DNA from: a bacterium
GTDB lineage: Bacteria > Babelota > Babeliae > Babelales > RVW-14
Length of the DNA stretch: 54,474 nucleotides
Assembly: GCA_043822925.1 (NCBI GenBank)
Contig: JBDRBF010000060.1
Location: 1 to 54,474 of the forward strand
Reading direction: 5' to 3'
Below the pieces are notes generated by a model. It saw only the letters and a program-made list of their open reading frames with translations, was not told the origin of the DNA and did not search any database. Shown here piece after piece: positions 1 through 9,084 of the stretch (positions within the stretch are counted from its first letter, which is position 1; each line of letters opens with the position of its first letter). A program made the translations under genes and the position numbers.

Positions 1-375
1 AAGCATAAGCTTGCGCAAATCTTTTTATTTGGTGGTGATAGTTCTGGAAGTAGCGCAACAGGTGGGACGAGTGCTGGGCCGACAGAGACTGAAAAATTAA
101 CTAAAAAGATGGCAGAGCAAACTGATGCGTTTTATCAAAAAATTCAAACATTATTTGAGTCGCTCAATAATAATTCTGGAAATACTGAGAATTCAGGTAA
201 TACTGGAAATACTGGTGCAAAACCAACTATTCTTGAAGATTTCCGTAAAGATTTTTTTGATCAAAAAGAGAACATCACACTTACCAGATTACAGGTTGAG
301 CTGAGTAAATGGCCTCGGTTTTTAAGGGTTCCACGTTTTCTTGGGTATAAAATGGGTATCGATTTTAAATCTTAA
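1..375 (+). CDS. hypothetical protein, 5'-truncated by the window edge
   Basis: Frame 1 is open from base 1 (KHKLAQIFLFGG...) through the listed ORF to TAA at 375 and is followed by a terminator hairpin. Confidence 0.75.
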   Translation, partial: KHKLAQIFLFGGDSSGSSATGGTSAGPTETEKLTKKMAEQTDAFYQKIQTLFESLNNNSGNTENSGNTGNTGAKPTILEDFRKDFFDQKENITLTRLQVELSKWPRFLRVPRFLGYKMGIDFKS

Positions 376-405
376 GATACGTTTTAAAAACGCGATTATC
401 TAAAG

Positions 406-448
406 AAACGGCTTTTTTGCTTGAAATACAGGCGAAAAGCCGTTTTTT
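406..448 (+). terminator. intrinsic terminator
   Basis: AAACGGCTTTTTTGCTTG...CAGGCGAAAAGCCGTTTT inverted repeat followed by a T run, just after the stop at 375. Confidence 0.7.
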
Positions 449-464
449 CTATTTCTTAATAATA

Positions 465-492
465 TTGACATATTGTCATATTTTGTTAATAT
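465..492 (+). promoter_or_regulatory. sigma70-like promoter
   Basis: TTGACA-N16-TAATAT with an extended TG; nearly identical to the promoter at 3038-3065. Confidence 0.6.
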
Positions 493-594
493 TAATAGGT
501 ATAAATATTCAAATATTAAGAATTATTTGGTTTTTTATAGATTATAAAAAATGTAGATTATTGGTCTTTATGTTCTAAAATAGGAGGATCTGTT

Positions 595-1113
595 ATGAAA
601 AATATTAAGAAAATGCTAATGGCTTTAGTTCTGGGTTTTGTCTTTGTTGGTAACGCGGGGGCGACAAAGCCTCCAAGAAAAGGTGGATGCATTACAGATT
701 ATTTTAAAGTCATAAAAATTGGTACAAAAAAAGAATCTGATAAAGGATCCAAATTAGGCGTCTCTTTGCCAAGAATGGATCATGAAAATATCAGTAAAAC
801 AGAGTTTGGCTTTAAACTCGCTGGTTTTATTGGTGGCCTTGGGCTTTCGATTTACACAGGGCTTGATTTACTGGCATTTGGGGCAAAAATTCTTATGGGA
901 ACAGATTGTCCTGTTCTTTCAGATGAAGTGACGCCTCGAAGCAATGCGATTGTTTTAGCTGTTTTTGAAGCGATAGCTCTTGGTTGCTTTGGAACACTAT
1001 CTGTGTTGTGCTTGCGTGATTCTAAAGTTAGTGGTTTTATTAAAAAATATGGATGTTATGCTGCTTGTATGGCTATTGGTATTACATCTCTTTGGCTTAT
1101 GAAATTAGTTTAA
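595..1113 (+). CDS. orphan exported/membrane protein (MKNIKK-leader family)
   Basis: AGGAGG RBS, signal peptide ending NAGA, three C-terminal hydrophobic segments. Confidence 0.8.
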   Translation: MKNIKKMLMALVLGFVFVGNAGATKPPRKGGCITDYFKVIKIGTKKESDKGSKLGVSLPRMDHENISKTEFGFKLAGFIGGLGLSIYTGLDLLAFGAKILMGTDCPVLSDEVTPRSNAIVLAVFEAIALGCFGTLSVLCLRDSKVSGFIKKYGCYAACMAIGITSLWLMKLV

Positions 1114-1134
1114 TAATTAAATAAATAGTTAATT

Positions 1135-1173
1135 AAAAAGAGGCTCTCGATTAAGTTCGGGGGCCTTTTTTTT
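1135..1173 (+). terminator. intrinsic terminator
   Basis: AAAAAGAGGCTCTCGA-loop-TCGGGGGCCTTTTTTTT; similar in sequence to the terminator at 5193-5230. Confidence 0.8.
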
Positions 1174-1371
1174 GTTGAAAACGCACCTGCTTTTGGGGTA
1201 TTTTGTGTTTATTAATTCCAGATAGAATTAACGCTCGCTTGTTTTATCTGGGGTGTTGCTTTGGCGTTTCCCAAAGCCAGTTTAATGTGATATTATATAG
1301 GAGAATACAGTATAAATTCACATATGTAGATGGTTATAATTTAGGGGTTCTTTTTGGTTGGGGGCAATCAA

Positions 1372-2004
1372 ATGGAAAATATTTTTTTTATAAAATCACG
1401 TTCTTTTTTCTTAGCTCTTGTTTTTGTTTCAGTTGGGTATCAGCTTTCTGCTGGACCAGATGGTGTAGTTAAGGCTTCACCGGTTACTGTGGCAGCGTCT
1501 AAAAAAATTGCATCAGTTATTACAGCAGCAAATAAGCCTGGTATGTCATCTGTAAAAACTTCAGAAAAAAATATAGATAAAATTTTTGAAGAAACGATGG
1601 CGCTTATCGAGCAAGATGATAAAGATCAAGTGAGTAATCAGGAAGCAAAATTGCGTACATTAAAAGAAAAATTACTTGAAGCTAAAATAAAAGAGCTTGA
1701 GAAAAGAAATCCAGCTTCTGATGGTGTTGGTAAAACAGCATGGAAGAGTATTAAATCAGCGATAACTGATTCATTAAAATTTTTGGCTGGTGAGCCATTA
1801 AAATATGCTTTTCTTTCATCGGTTGCGTTTGTTTTGGTTTGTAGAGCTAATAATATTAATGTAAAAGATGCGGTGAAGTACATTCTTGATTTTTTTAAAC
1901 CGAGCCGTAGTAGTGATGAACAAAAGGAAAGCTATTGTCGGGCCAATTGTGATCCAGCTGATTGCAAGATCTATGATTTTTGTAACGTAAAAAGTAAAAA
2001 TTAG
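1372..2004 (+). CDS. orphan exported protein with coiled coil, TM helix and Cys-rich tail (paralog A)
   Basis: ATG at 1372 after GGGGG; signal peptide; clear paralog of 2032-2859 (DDKDQVSN..AKL..LKEKL, GKTAW.SIK, KFLAGEPLKYA). Confidence 0.8.
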   Translation: MENIFFIKSRSFFLALVFVSVGYQLSAGPDGVVKASPVTVAASKKIASVITAANKPGMSSVKTSEKNIDKIFEETMALIEQDDKDQVSNQEAKLRTLKEKLLEAKIKELEKRNPASDGVGKTAWKSIKSAITDSLKFLAGEPLKYAFLSSVAFVLVCRANNINVKDAVKYILDFFKPSRSSDEQKESYCRANCDPADCKIYDFCNVKSKN

Positions 2005-2031
2005 GGGTTCTTTTTGATTGGGGGCAATCAA

Positions 2032-2859
2032 ATGGAAGATATATTCTTCAAAAAAGTACGTTCTTTTGTGTTGCTATCTATTTTTGCTTTAGTAGGTTGC
2101 CAGCTTTTTGCGGTTAAAAAAACTATGCCGGTTATTACGGCAGAAAATAAAACTGGTAAGCTTTCTATAAAAAATATTCCAGAAATAAATATAGATAAAG
2201 TTTTTGAAGATGCTATGGCGGCTATTGAGCTTGATGATCAAGATCAAGTAAGTAACCGAGTTGCAAAGCTTCAAGCATTAAAAGAAAAATTAGTAGAGCG
2301 CAAAAGAAAAGAGCTTGAAAAAAGACATCCTGCTCCTAATACTGTTGGTAAAACAGCATGGCAAAGTATTAAAGGTGGCGTAACGGATACGGCGAAGTTT
2401 TTGGCTGGAGAACCGTTAAAGTATGCGGTTATAGCTGCGATTATTATAGTACCGTTGTGTAAAGTTACGGGATATAGTTTTAAAGATGTTTTTAAGTTGG
2501 TCTTTGGTGCAAAGACTAAGCCAACTACGACGAGCACAGGCAATTTTTTTGGTTCAGACGCAAAGACTAAGCCAACCTCAAACGAGAACCGTAATCAACT
2601 TGTTATTGTTAATAATCAGCCAGCTTCTGGTACAGGTAATATATCCGGCTCAAGTGTTATAAATAATAAGCCAGTTTCTGGTCAAGGCAAAAAAGCCACG
2701 TCATATTTTAGTTGGGAGACGGGCTACCATACAAATCCATTTGATAAGACACCAGGCCTGACGGCAGAAGAACGTTTGTTGTCGTTTATTGGACCAACGA
2801 TTAATGGGGCTATCTGGGTAAAAAACAAAATTCGCGATATTTTACTGAAGAAAAAATAA
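2032..2859 (+). CDS. orphan exported protein with coiled coil, TM helix and Ser/Thr/Asn-rich tail (paralog B)
   Basis: ATG at 2032 in a leader duplicated from 660 bp upstream; shares core motifs with 1372-2004. Confidence 0.8.
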   Translation: MEDIFFKKVRSFVLLSIFALVGCQLFAVKKTMPVITAENKTGKLSIKNIPEINIDKVFEDAMAAIELDDQDQVSNRVAKLQALKEKLVERKRKELEKRHPAPNTVGKTAWQSIKGGVTDTAKFLAGEPLKYAVIAAIIIVPLCKVTGYSFKDVFKLVFGAKTKPTTTSTGNFFGSDAKTKPTSNENRNQLVIVNNQPASGTGNISGSSVINNKPVSGQGKKATSYFSWETGYHTNPFDKTPGLTAEERLLSFIGPTINGAIWVKNKIRDILLKKK

Positions 2860-2884
2860 CTTTCTACGTACGTTTAGTTAAATA

Positions 2885-2921
2885 AAAAAGGCTTGATGTA
2901 ACAATTGCATCAGGCCTTTTT
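2885..2921 (+). terminator. intrinsic terminator
   Basis: AAAAAGGCTTGATGTAA-CAA-TTGCATCAGGCCTTTTT hairpin after the stop at 2859. Confidence 0.75.
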
Positions 2922-3037
2922 ATTGTTTAAAATGGTTTTTTTTATCTATTAATTCTCCCCTTTACATCTTTTTTTATGAATAAAATGGCGTTTATGCCTA
3001 ATAAGTTAGCAGTCACCCTTTTTTTATTGCTAAAACA

Positions 3038-3065
3038 TTGACAGATAGTCGTATTTTGCTATAAT
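3038..3065 (+). promoter_or_regulatory. sigma70 promoter
   Basis: Perfect TTGACA-N16-TATAAT with extended -10 TG. Confidence 0.7.
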
Positions 3066-3189
3066 TATTTATATTAAATATGCAATTATAATGAAATGTT
3101 GATTGTATTTTAGTGTTTTGTTAATGGGGTGTTTATTCATATAACACGTAAATTATGCGTGTTTAAGTTCTAAAATAGGAGGATCTGTT

Positions 3190-3957
3190 ATGAAAAATAT
3201 ACAAAAAATGTTATGTGCTTTGTTTATGGGCCTTATGTTTGTCGGTGGAAATTTGGGTGCCATGGAAAATTCAAATAACAATATGCAAGATGAGGTTAAT
3301 TTACCAGAAAAGCGAAAAAGATATGATCAGGGTTCAGATGAGATTATTGAGAAGAAGCGAAGAAAAATTTTAGAAGAATCTAAAGAAGTGAAAAAATTAG
3401 AAAATAATGGTTCTAATTTAGTTGCTATCCAAACGGGTAGTATCCCGGTTAAAACATCAGTAATAGGTAATGACTCCGTTAAGCGTTCAGAAAAGTCAGA
3501 AAAAGTAGAAATAGTAGAAAAAGTAGAAAAAGAAGTCGCGAAACAGCCATCTTCAGTACCTTCAGGAGCTCCGGAATACTCAAATATTCCATCACTGAAT
3601 TCAGTGAATTCAGGTGAACCAAAAAAAACAGGTGAGTCGGCAGTGCGCGATAAAGTGTGTTGTATCTCACTGAAAACAGTAGTTGGGATGTTGCTCGGAA
3701 TTGGTGCTTTTTTATTGGCTAATCAGTCATGTTCTTTTAGCGGAAAGGGCATCTGCAAAGATATCTTGAGAGTTCAGAATCAAAGTTTATGGAAAGCCGG
3801 CGTTTTTGGGTTTTCTTCATTATGCCTAGCAATTCCAGGGATTTGGCTTCTTTCGCCTGATAAGTTTAAAGTTCTCTCTAAAACAGAAGCGTTTATGACG
3901 TTTATGGGCATTTTAGGAGTAGCAGTGCCTTTGATGTTCTTTTATTTACAAAAATAG
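3190..3957 (+). CDS. orphan exported membrane protein (MKNIKK-leader family) with NLS-like basic motif and 3-TM C-terminal domain
   Basis: AGGAGG RBS, signal peptide ..NLGA-M, KRKR..KKRRK motif, C-terminal SFSG..RVQNQ domain shared with 4025-4813. Confidence 0.8.
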   Translation: MKNIQKMLCALFMGLMFVGGNLGAMENSNNNMQDEVNLPEKRKRYDQGSDEIIEKKRRKILEESKEVKKLENNGSNLVAIQTGSIPVKTSVIGNDSVKRSEKSEKVEIVEKVEKEVAKQPSSVPSGAPEYSNIPSLNSVNSGEPKKTGESAVRDKVCCISLKTVVGMLLGIGAFLLANQSCSFSGKGICKDILRVQNQSLWKAGVFGFSSLCLAIPGIWLLSPDKFKVLSKTEAFMTFMGILGVAVPLMFFYLQK

Positions 3958-3968
3958 TTAATCAAGAG

Positions 3969-3993
3969 AAGGGCTCATGCGTGAGCCCTTTTT
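3969..3993 (+). terminator. intrinsic terminator
   Basis: AAGGGCTCA-TGCG-TGAGCCCTTTTT. Confidence 0.8.
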
Positions 3994-4024
3994 GTTCTTT
4001 AGGTATTAAAATGGGGGATTTGTT

Positions 4025-4813
4025 ATGAAAAATATAAAAAAATGGTTTAGTCTTTTTCTCGTTTTGGGTTTTGCATTTGTCAGTCAGTTGAGTGCGATGC
4101 AAAAACCGGTCTTAGTGTCGAATGTTTTGCTTGAAGAAGAAAATCGTGAATTAAGTAGATTAAGTAGTGAGATAGAATCTTTAAAAAAGGAGAACGAAAC
4201 TCAGGCTCAGATGCTTGATGACGCTAAATTTGTATTAGAAGAAAATTCTCAATTAACCGCGAAGCTAAAATCGTTAGAAGGTTTTATTGGGGGAGATGCT
4301 AAAAAAGAGAATGAAAAAATCGAGATTGTCGGGAATCAAGCAGCGCTTAAAGAAGTTAGGAGTGAGCTTAGTCTCGTACTAGAAGAAACAAATAAATATA
4401 TTGATGATTTGCTCGGTGAAAAGGCGGAAATTACTGAACGCGCGGTTACGTTAATGAACGAAAATGAGTTTTTAAAAAACCAGCAAGTAGCTGAAAAACA
4501 AGTAAATAAACCTCAAGCCAAGCGAATTGTGCGTTATATACCATCTGTATTGGTTGGTATGGTTGCATTTTTGCTGGGGAATTCGGTTTATTCGTTTTCT
4601 GGTTTAGATAAAAATATTGTGAGAGTTCAGAATCAAACATGGTCAAACTTTGGTTTGGTATTGGTTCCATTTCTTGCGGCAATGTATTTGACGTATCATT
4701 TATTGCCTTATGAAACAAAAAAAGTTTTGAGAAGACATGGCTTTGCGGTTTTTTTTACCGTTATAGGCATCGTTGCTTTTAATGCTTTTTTTGCTTGTAC
4801 ATTAAAGAAATAG
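4025..4813 (+). CDS. orphan exported coiled-coil membrane protein (MKNIKK-leader family)
   Basis: GGGGG RBS, signal peptide ..QLSA-M, long heptad-rich region, 3-TM RVQNQ domain. Confidence 0.8.
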   Translation: MKNIKKWFSLFLVLGFAFVSQLSAMQKPVLVSNVLLEEENRELSRLSSEIESLKKENETQAQMLDDAKFVLEENSQLTAKLKSLEGFIGGDAKKENEKIEIVGNQAALKEVRSELSLVLEETNKYIDDLLGEKAEITERAVTLMNENEFLKNQQVAEKQVNKPQAKRIVRYIPSVLVGMVAFLLGNSVYSFSGLDKNIVRVQNQTWSNFGLVLVPFLAAMYLTYHLLPYETKKVLRRHGFAVFFTVIGIVAFNAFFACTLKK

Positions 4814-4849
4814 AGCAGAATTGTGAAATATAAAAATGGAGGACTTGTT

Positions 4850-5158
4850 ATGAAAAATGTAAAAAAGATGTTATTAGGACTGGTTCTGGGATTTATGCTT
4901 CTTGGTAATGCGGGTGCTATGCAAGGCGCAGGACCAGCAGCTGCTCAAAATCAACAGAATGTTGTTCAACCGCCGTTTCCTCTAATGCCAGCTATTAATC
5001 AATTGACGCAAGCGATCGAACGACGGGGTCCTCTTGTGATTTTAACAATCAATGAACGTTTTAAAAAAGATGTCAGCCTGTTGGTTAAGACGGTGTGCGT
5101 GGGTGTTCTTACGTTCGGTGCGCTTGGTTTGTATAAATATCTTCATAAAAGTAAATAA
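4850..5158 (+). CDS. small orphan exported protein with C-terminal TM (MKNVKK-leader family)
   Basis: GGAGG RBS places the start at ATG 4850; signal peptide ..NAGA-M similar to 595-1113. Confidence 0.75.
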   Translation: MKNVKKMLLGLVLGFMLLGNAGAMQGAGPAAAQNQQNVVQPPFPLMPAINQLTQAIERRGPLVILTINERFKKDVSLLVKTVCVGVLTFGALGLYKYLHKSK

Positions 5159-5192
5159 AGCAATGTGGCTTTTGTGTTAGAGCCTAAAATAT

Positions 5193-5230
5193 AAAAAGAG
5201 GCTTTCGATCTTATTCGAAAGCCTCTTTTT
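5193..5230 (+). terminator. intrinsic (possibly bidirectional) terminator
   Basis: AAAAGAGGCTTTCGA-loop-TCGAAAGCCTCTTTTT between convergent genes. Confidence 0.8.
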
Positions 5231-5330
5231 GTATGTGAACTATTATATGGATCTAGGGCCGCGCATGCAGAGCATGCTTGTGCCGAGGCTAAGTACAAGA
5301 GTCAAGCCGATGGCTTGAACTCTTAGGCTG

Positions 5331-6545
5331 TTAATATACCGTTTGGGTCCACTCGATTGGGTCGACAGAGATATTATTTACGATAATTTCCCAGTGTAAA
5401 TGGTAGCCGGTAGCATAACCGGTCATGCCGATGGTTCCTACCGAGTTGCCCTTCTTGACCATATCGCCAACTTCTATATCTGCAAAGTCGTTCAAGTGTG
5501 CGTACAGTGAGCAGACGCCTAGTCCGTGATCAAGAACAATCGTGTTTCCGGTTAATAAGAATCTGTCTTTAATAATTACTTTACCTGTTTGACTTGCCCA
5601 GATAACTTGCTTTGGATGATTGACTAAATCGATACCATGATGGTAATACATGCCGCGTTCTGGGGTAATTCTTATTTCTCCATGTGGCGTTGCTATGCGA
5701 GTGTATTCTGTTGGGTATTCAAAAGCGCCGGCCCAGAGTTTTTGTTTAGGAGAGCTTTCTACCCATTTGGCGATAGCTGTTTTTAAGATTTTTGAGTTCA
5801 TACTGATCTCTTTTTCTTCATCAAGCTTTTTGGTGCTGACGTTGAGCGGAGACGCCTGTTTTTTGAATGGGAACTTAACTATTTGGCCCTGGGCGTTTAA
5901 CGTTACGCTATTGTGTACTGCGTCTTCTAGCTGGGCTGTTATCATAGATTCACCAGTGCTATCTTCACAGTCTACGGGAATAAAGCATTCGTATACGGTC
6001 GACGTCGTTGATTCTGGGGCACATTCATAGTTTTTTGTGAAGAACGAGAGCGTCGCTTTTTGTAGTTGCTTATTAGCTTGAATTTTTACGTGCATGGTTT
6101 TGCCCTGGTCTACTTTGTAGCTTGTTTGTAAGAATGCAGCTTTAAGTGGGGCATTATCAACGAAAAATTCATAATGGTCGTTTGACGTATTTTTATGGGC
6201 ACTTGCATCAATGCTTGTGATATCAAGTGTATGTTTGCCTGATGTCATGGTTGTTGTATCAAGCGTGAGTGGGATTTCAAAAGACTGGGCCCGTACTTTT
6301 TGTGAAGCGCCAAAATCAAAAGGTTGTCCATCAAGCTGCATTGATACTGTGTCGATTTTATAGTCGTTATTTGCTGAAATTGCCCAGGTTGCTGTGTCTT
6401 TGTATGTGTCACCGTTTTTGAAGTTTTTAATGAAAATTTGGGGCTTTTCGGTATGGGAATAGTATTTGAAGATCTTTTTTCCAATAAAGAATGACGTTGC
6501 AAGTATTATAGTAATTATTGCTGGTACTTTTAGCTTGTGCATCAT
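5331..6545 (-). CDS. M23 family metallopeptidase (peptidoglycan endopeptidase) with N-terminal anchor and Ig-like region
   Basis: HHGID (HxxxD), YAHL and HLHWE (HxH) M23 motifs. Confidence 0.9.
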   Translation of the reverse strand: MMHKLKVPAIITIILATSFFIGKKIFKYYSHTEKPQIFIKNFKNGDTYKDTATWAISANNDYKIDTVSMQLDGQPFDFGASQKVRAQSFEIPLTLDTTTMTSGKHTLDITSIDASAHKNTSNDHYEFFVDNAPLKAAFLQTSYKVDQGKTMHVKIQANKQLQKATLSFFTKNYECAPESTTSTVYECFIPVDCEDSTGESMITAQLEDAVHNSVTLNAQGQIVKFPFKKQASPLNVSTKKLDEEKEISMNSKILKTAIAKWVESSPKQKLWAGAFEYPTEYTRIATPHGEIRITPERGMYYHHGIDLVNHPKQVIWASQTGKVIIKDRFLLTGNTIVLDHGLGVCSLYAHLNDFADIEVGDMVKKGNSVGTIGMTGYATGYHLHWEIIVNNISVDPIEWTQTVY

Positions 6546-6718
6546 AAATTCTCTCTTATGGGGTAAGAATATGTGTTTTAAATATGTTCGAAAACTACTG
6601 AATACTATAGCGATTTTTTAACTTTTCGCATGTTTTTTGTGCTTTTTTTTAGATCACGTGTATTTCGGGTAGATTGTTTATTGATATATTTTATGTCTGA
6701 AATAAAGGGGCATGCGTT

Positions 6719-8434
6719 ATGGGCATACAAAGAGATTTTTTTGTGCAGATTAAAGAGCTTCCGGCCGTTCCTGGCGTTTATTTATTTAAAGATAGCACCG
6801 GGCAGATTGTTTATATTGGTAAAGCTAAAAATCTAAAGTTACGTGTTTCGAGTTATGTGCAAAAAAATATCGATATGCGCGTGGAAGCTATCATGGAATC
6901 TGTGTGTTCTCTTGAGCATATTGTGACGCACTCAGAACTTGAAGCAATGTTGCTTGAAGCAAAACTTATCCAGAGCCATCAGCCTAAGCATAATGTCTTG
7001 CTTAAAGGCGGCCAGCCGTTTTTGTATATTCTTATTACAAGCCCTGTTCGTGGGCTGCCCGAAATCAAACTCGTACGTAATCAGAATAGTAAGGGTACTT
7101 ATTTTGGTCCGTTTATTGAAAAAATGTCGGCACGTAAAGTGTTCGACTTTTTTATTAAAACATTTCGTTTAAAGTTGTGTGGCAAAAGAATAGAAAATGG
7201 GTGCTTGTATTATCACCTGGGTATATGTTCTGGTTCATGTAAGCCTGATTTTGATGAACGTGCATATATTGAGCGTTTAGAGTTGGCCAAAAAGGCACTC
7301 AAGCAGGGGCATAAGAAATTTCTTGAGTATCTTGAATGCGAAATAAAAGATAGTAATAAACTGACGAATTTCGAAAAATCTAAACAATTACATGAGTATT
7401 TGCTTGCGTTTGAGTCTGTCTTTAAGGCGATTGACACTAAAACTTCATATATGGACGATTTAACATACAAAGAAATATGGGTTTTAACACACGACCAAAA
7501 TGCTTTATTTTTATTTACTGAGCGCGATAATTTTTTGAAAAAAAAGAATGTTTTTTATTTCCCGTACGCCAATCTGGGTACAGATTTGGGATCAGTACAT
7601 GATGCGTCGCAAGATTTGCAAGCAGGTCAAGTTGTAGGCGCAGGTGCTAGCGTAAGAGCTGGTGTTGGATCAGGTGCTGGGATAGATGCAGGACTGGTCG
7701 CCCAAACGTGTTTAGAGTATTTCTTAAGTTATTATCGTACTTTTTATCCTGCGGCAACTATTTTAGTAAATTTTGAGATCTTAGAGCATGAGCGGGAGCT
7801 GGCTGAAAATTTTTTGACCGAATGGCATAAGCGTAAGATGTCGGTATCGATTAAGAAGCCTAAAGATGGGCATTATGCAAATCTTGTTCATATGGCTGCT
7901 ATTCAGGCACAAGAAATACAAAAACGTGAAGCAACGCTTGCTTTAGCGCTTAAGCGCTTGCTTAAATTAGCTAAGCCGGTGCATACGATAGATTGTTTTG
8001 ATATTTCCCATACTCAGGGCACTTTTATGGTTGGATCTTGTGTGCGCTTTACTGATGGTAAGCCAGATAAGAATAAGTTTAGGCATTTTAAGATTAAAAC
8101 AGTTACGGGTCAGGATGATTACGCAAGTTTGCGTGAAATTGTTGCCCGAAGATATAAAGACACAAGCGAATTGCCTGATTTAATTTTAATTGATGGTGGC
8201 AAGGGACAGTTGAGTTCTGTCAGCGATTTGGTTGGCCAAACTGACATAATTGCGCTGGCCAAACGTGAAGAAACTGTTTTTTCGAAGAATTTTGTTAAAG
8301 GCAAAATTCTTGACCAAACCCAATATGCCTCACAAATACTTATGGCGTTGCGCGATTATGCGCATCATTTTGCTATTGGCTATCATAGGTGCCTGGGGTT
8401 AAAAAATACTAGGCTAAAGAACAAGAACGCGTAG
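6719..8434 (+). CDS. uvrC: excinuclease ABC subunit C (no C-terminal HhH domain)
   Basis: GIY-YIG (GVYLF..YIGKAKNL..RV.SY), Cys-rich region, RNase H-like CFDISH/DDY/DLILIDGGKGQ/RD.AH.FAI motifs. Confidence 0.92.
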   Translation: MGIQRDFFVQIKELPAVPGVYLFKDSTGQIVYIGKAKNLKLRVSSYVQKNIDMRVEAIMESVCSLEHIVTHSELEAMLLEAKLIQSHQPKHNVLLKGGQPFLYILITSPVRGLPEIKLVRNQNSKGTYFGPFIEKMSARKVFDFFIKTFRLKLCGKRIENGCLYYHLGICSGSCKPDFDERAYIERLELAKKALKQGHKKFLEYLECEIKDSNKLTNFEKSKQLHEYLLAFESVFKAIDTKTSYMDDLTYKEIWVLTHDQNALFLFTERDNFLKKKNVFYFPYANLGTDLGSVHDASQDLQAGQVVGAGASVRAGVGSGAGIDAGLVAQTCLEYFLSYYRTFYPAATILVNFEILEHERELAENFLTEWHKRKMSVSIKKPKDGHYANLVHMAAIQAQEIQKREATLALALKRLLKLAKPVHTIDCFDISHTQGTFMVGSCVRFTDGKPDKNKFRHFKIKTVTGQDDYASLREIVARRYKDTSELPDLILIDGGKGQLSSVSDLVGQTDIIALAKREETVFSKNFVKGKILDQTQYASQILMALRDYAHHFAIGYHRCLGLKNTRLKNKNA

Positions 8435-8527
8435 TTACGCTACGCTCGTTATTTACAAAATGATTCTTTTTTTGAAGATGTGCGTATTTAAAATTAATTT
8501 GTAGGTCATTTCTAATTTTTTTGAGGC

Positions 8528-9061
8528 TTATATTATCAGGCCCATAATATGCGTATCAAAATAGGTTGAGTCTATTTTGACTGTTTGAGTAAGAGTGCCT
8601 TCGATAACAAAACCAAATTTTTTGTATAATCCAATTGCACGTTCGTTATTCGTATGTACGGTTAGTTGGAGTTTTGTGATGCTGTTATTTTTTGCCCATT
8701 CTATTCCCGTAAGCATGAGATGTTTGCCTATAGATAGTCCCCAATATTTTTGTAAGACAGAAAGGCCAAGTTCACCGACGTGAGCCAGGCGTGCTTTATC
8801 TGAACGTTGCAACGAGAGTATCGATATAACTTTATTGTTTATTTTTCCCACCAGAAATAGGCTGAGATTGTTCTTGAGGCTTTGGGTTAAAATTGTTTTT
8901 TCTTCTTCTTCTGAGATGTGGAATTCGTTGAGCCCAAAGGTCAAAAAATCGGTTTGGCCGCCAATGGCGTTGAGATATGTAATAATTTGTTTGGCATCGT
9001 CTGGTTGTGCTTGAGTTATCGTGAGATTAAGATTGTTGGTCAGCGTTATATGTTTTTGCAT
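8528..9061 (-). CDS. GNAT family N-acetyltransferase
   Basis: LGLSVLQKYWGLSIG acetyl-CoA motif, N..AI.LYKKFGF; start placed at ATG 9061. Confidence 0.88.
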   Translation of the reverse strand: MQKHITLTNNLNLTITQAQPDDAKQIITYLNAIGGQTDFLTFGLNEFHISEEEEKTILTQSLKNNLSLFLVGKINNKVISILSLQRSDKARLAHVGELGLSVLQKYWGLSIGKHLMLTGIEWAKNNSITKLQLTVHTNNERAIGLYKKFGFVIEGTLTQTVKIDSTYFDTHIMGLII

Positions 9062-9084
9062 TAGTATCTCTTTTTTTAAGCGAC

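Noticed and set aside
1203-1472. 89-aa ORF overlapping the 1372 gene
   Set aside because: No RBS or recognisable motif; it overlaps a better-supported paralogous gene.
5248-5330. Several small hairpins, including GCCGATGGCTTGAACTCTTAGGC, resembling the GGTTTTAACC family
   Set aside because: Too degenerate to assign; may be an eroded copy.
5650-6030. 126-aa plus-strand ORF and similar antisense ORFs (10669, 35825, 45207 etc.)
   Set aside because: Shadow frames antisense to well-supported conserved genes.
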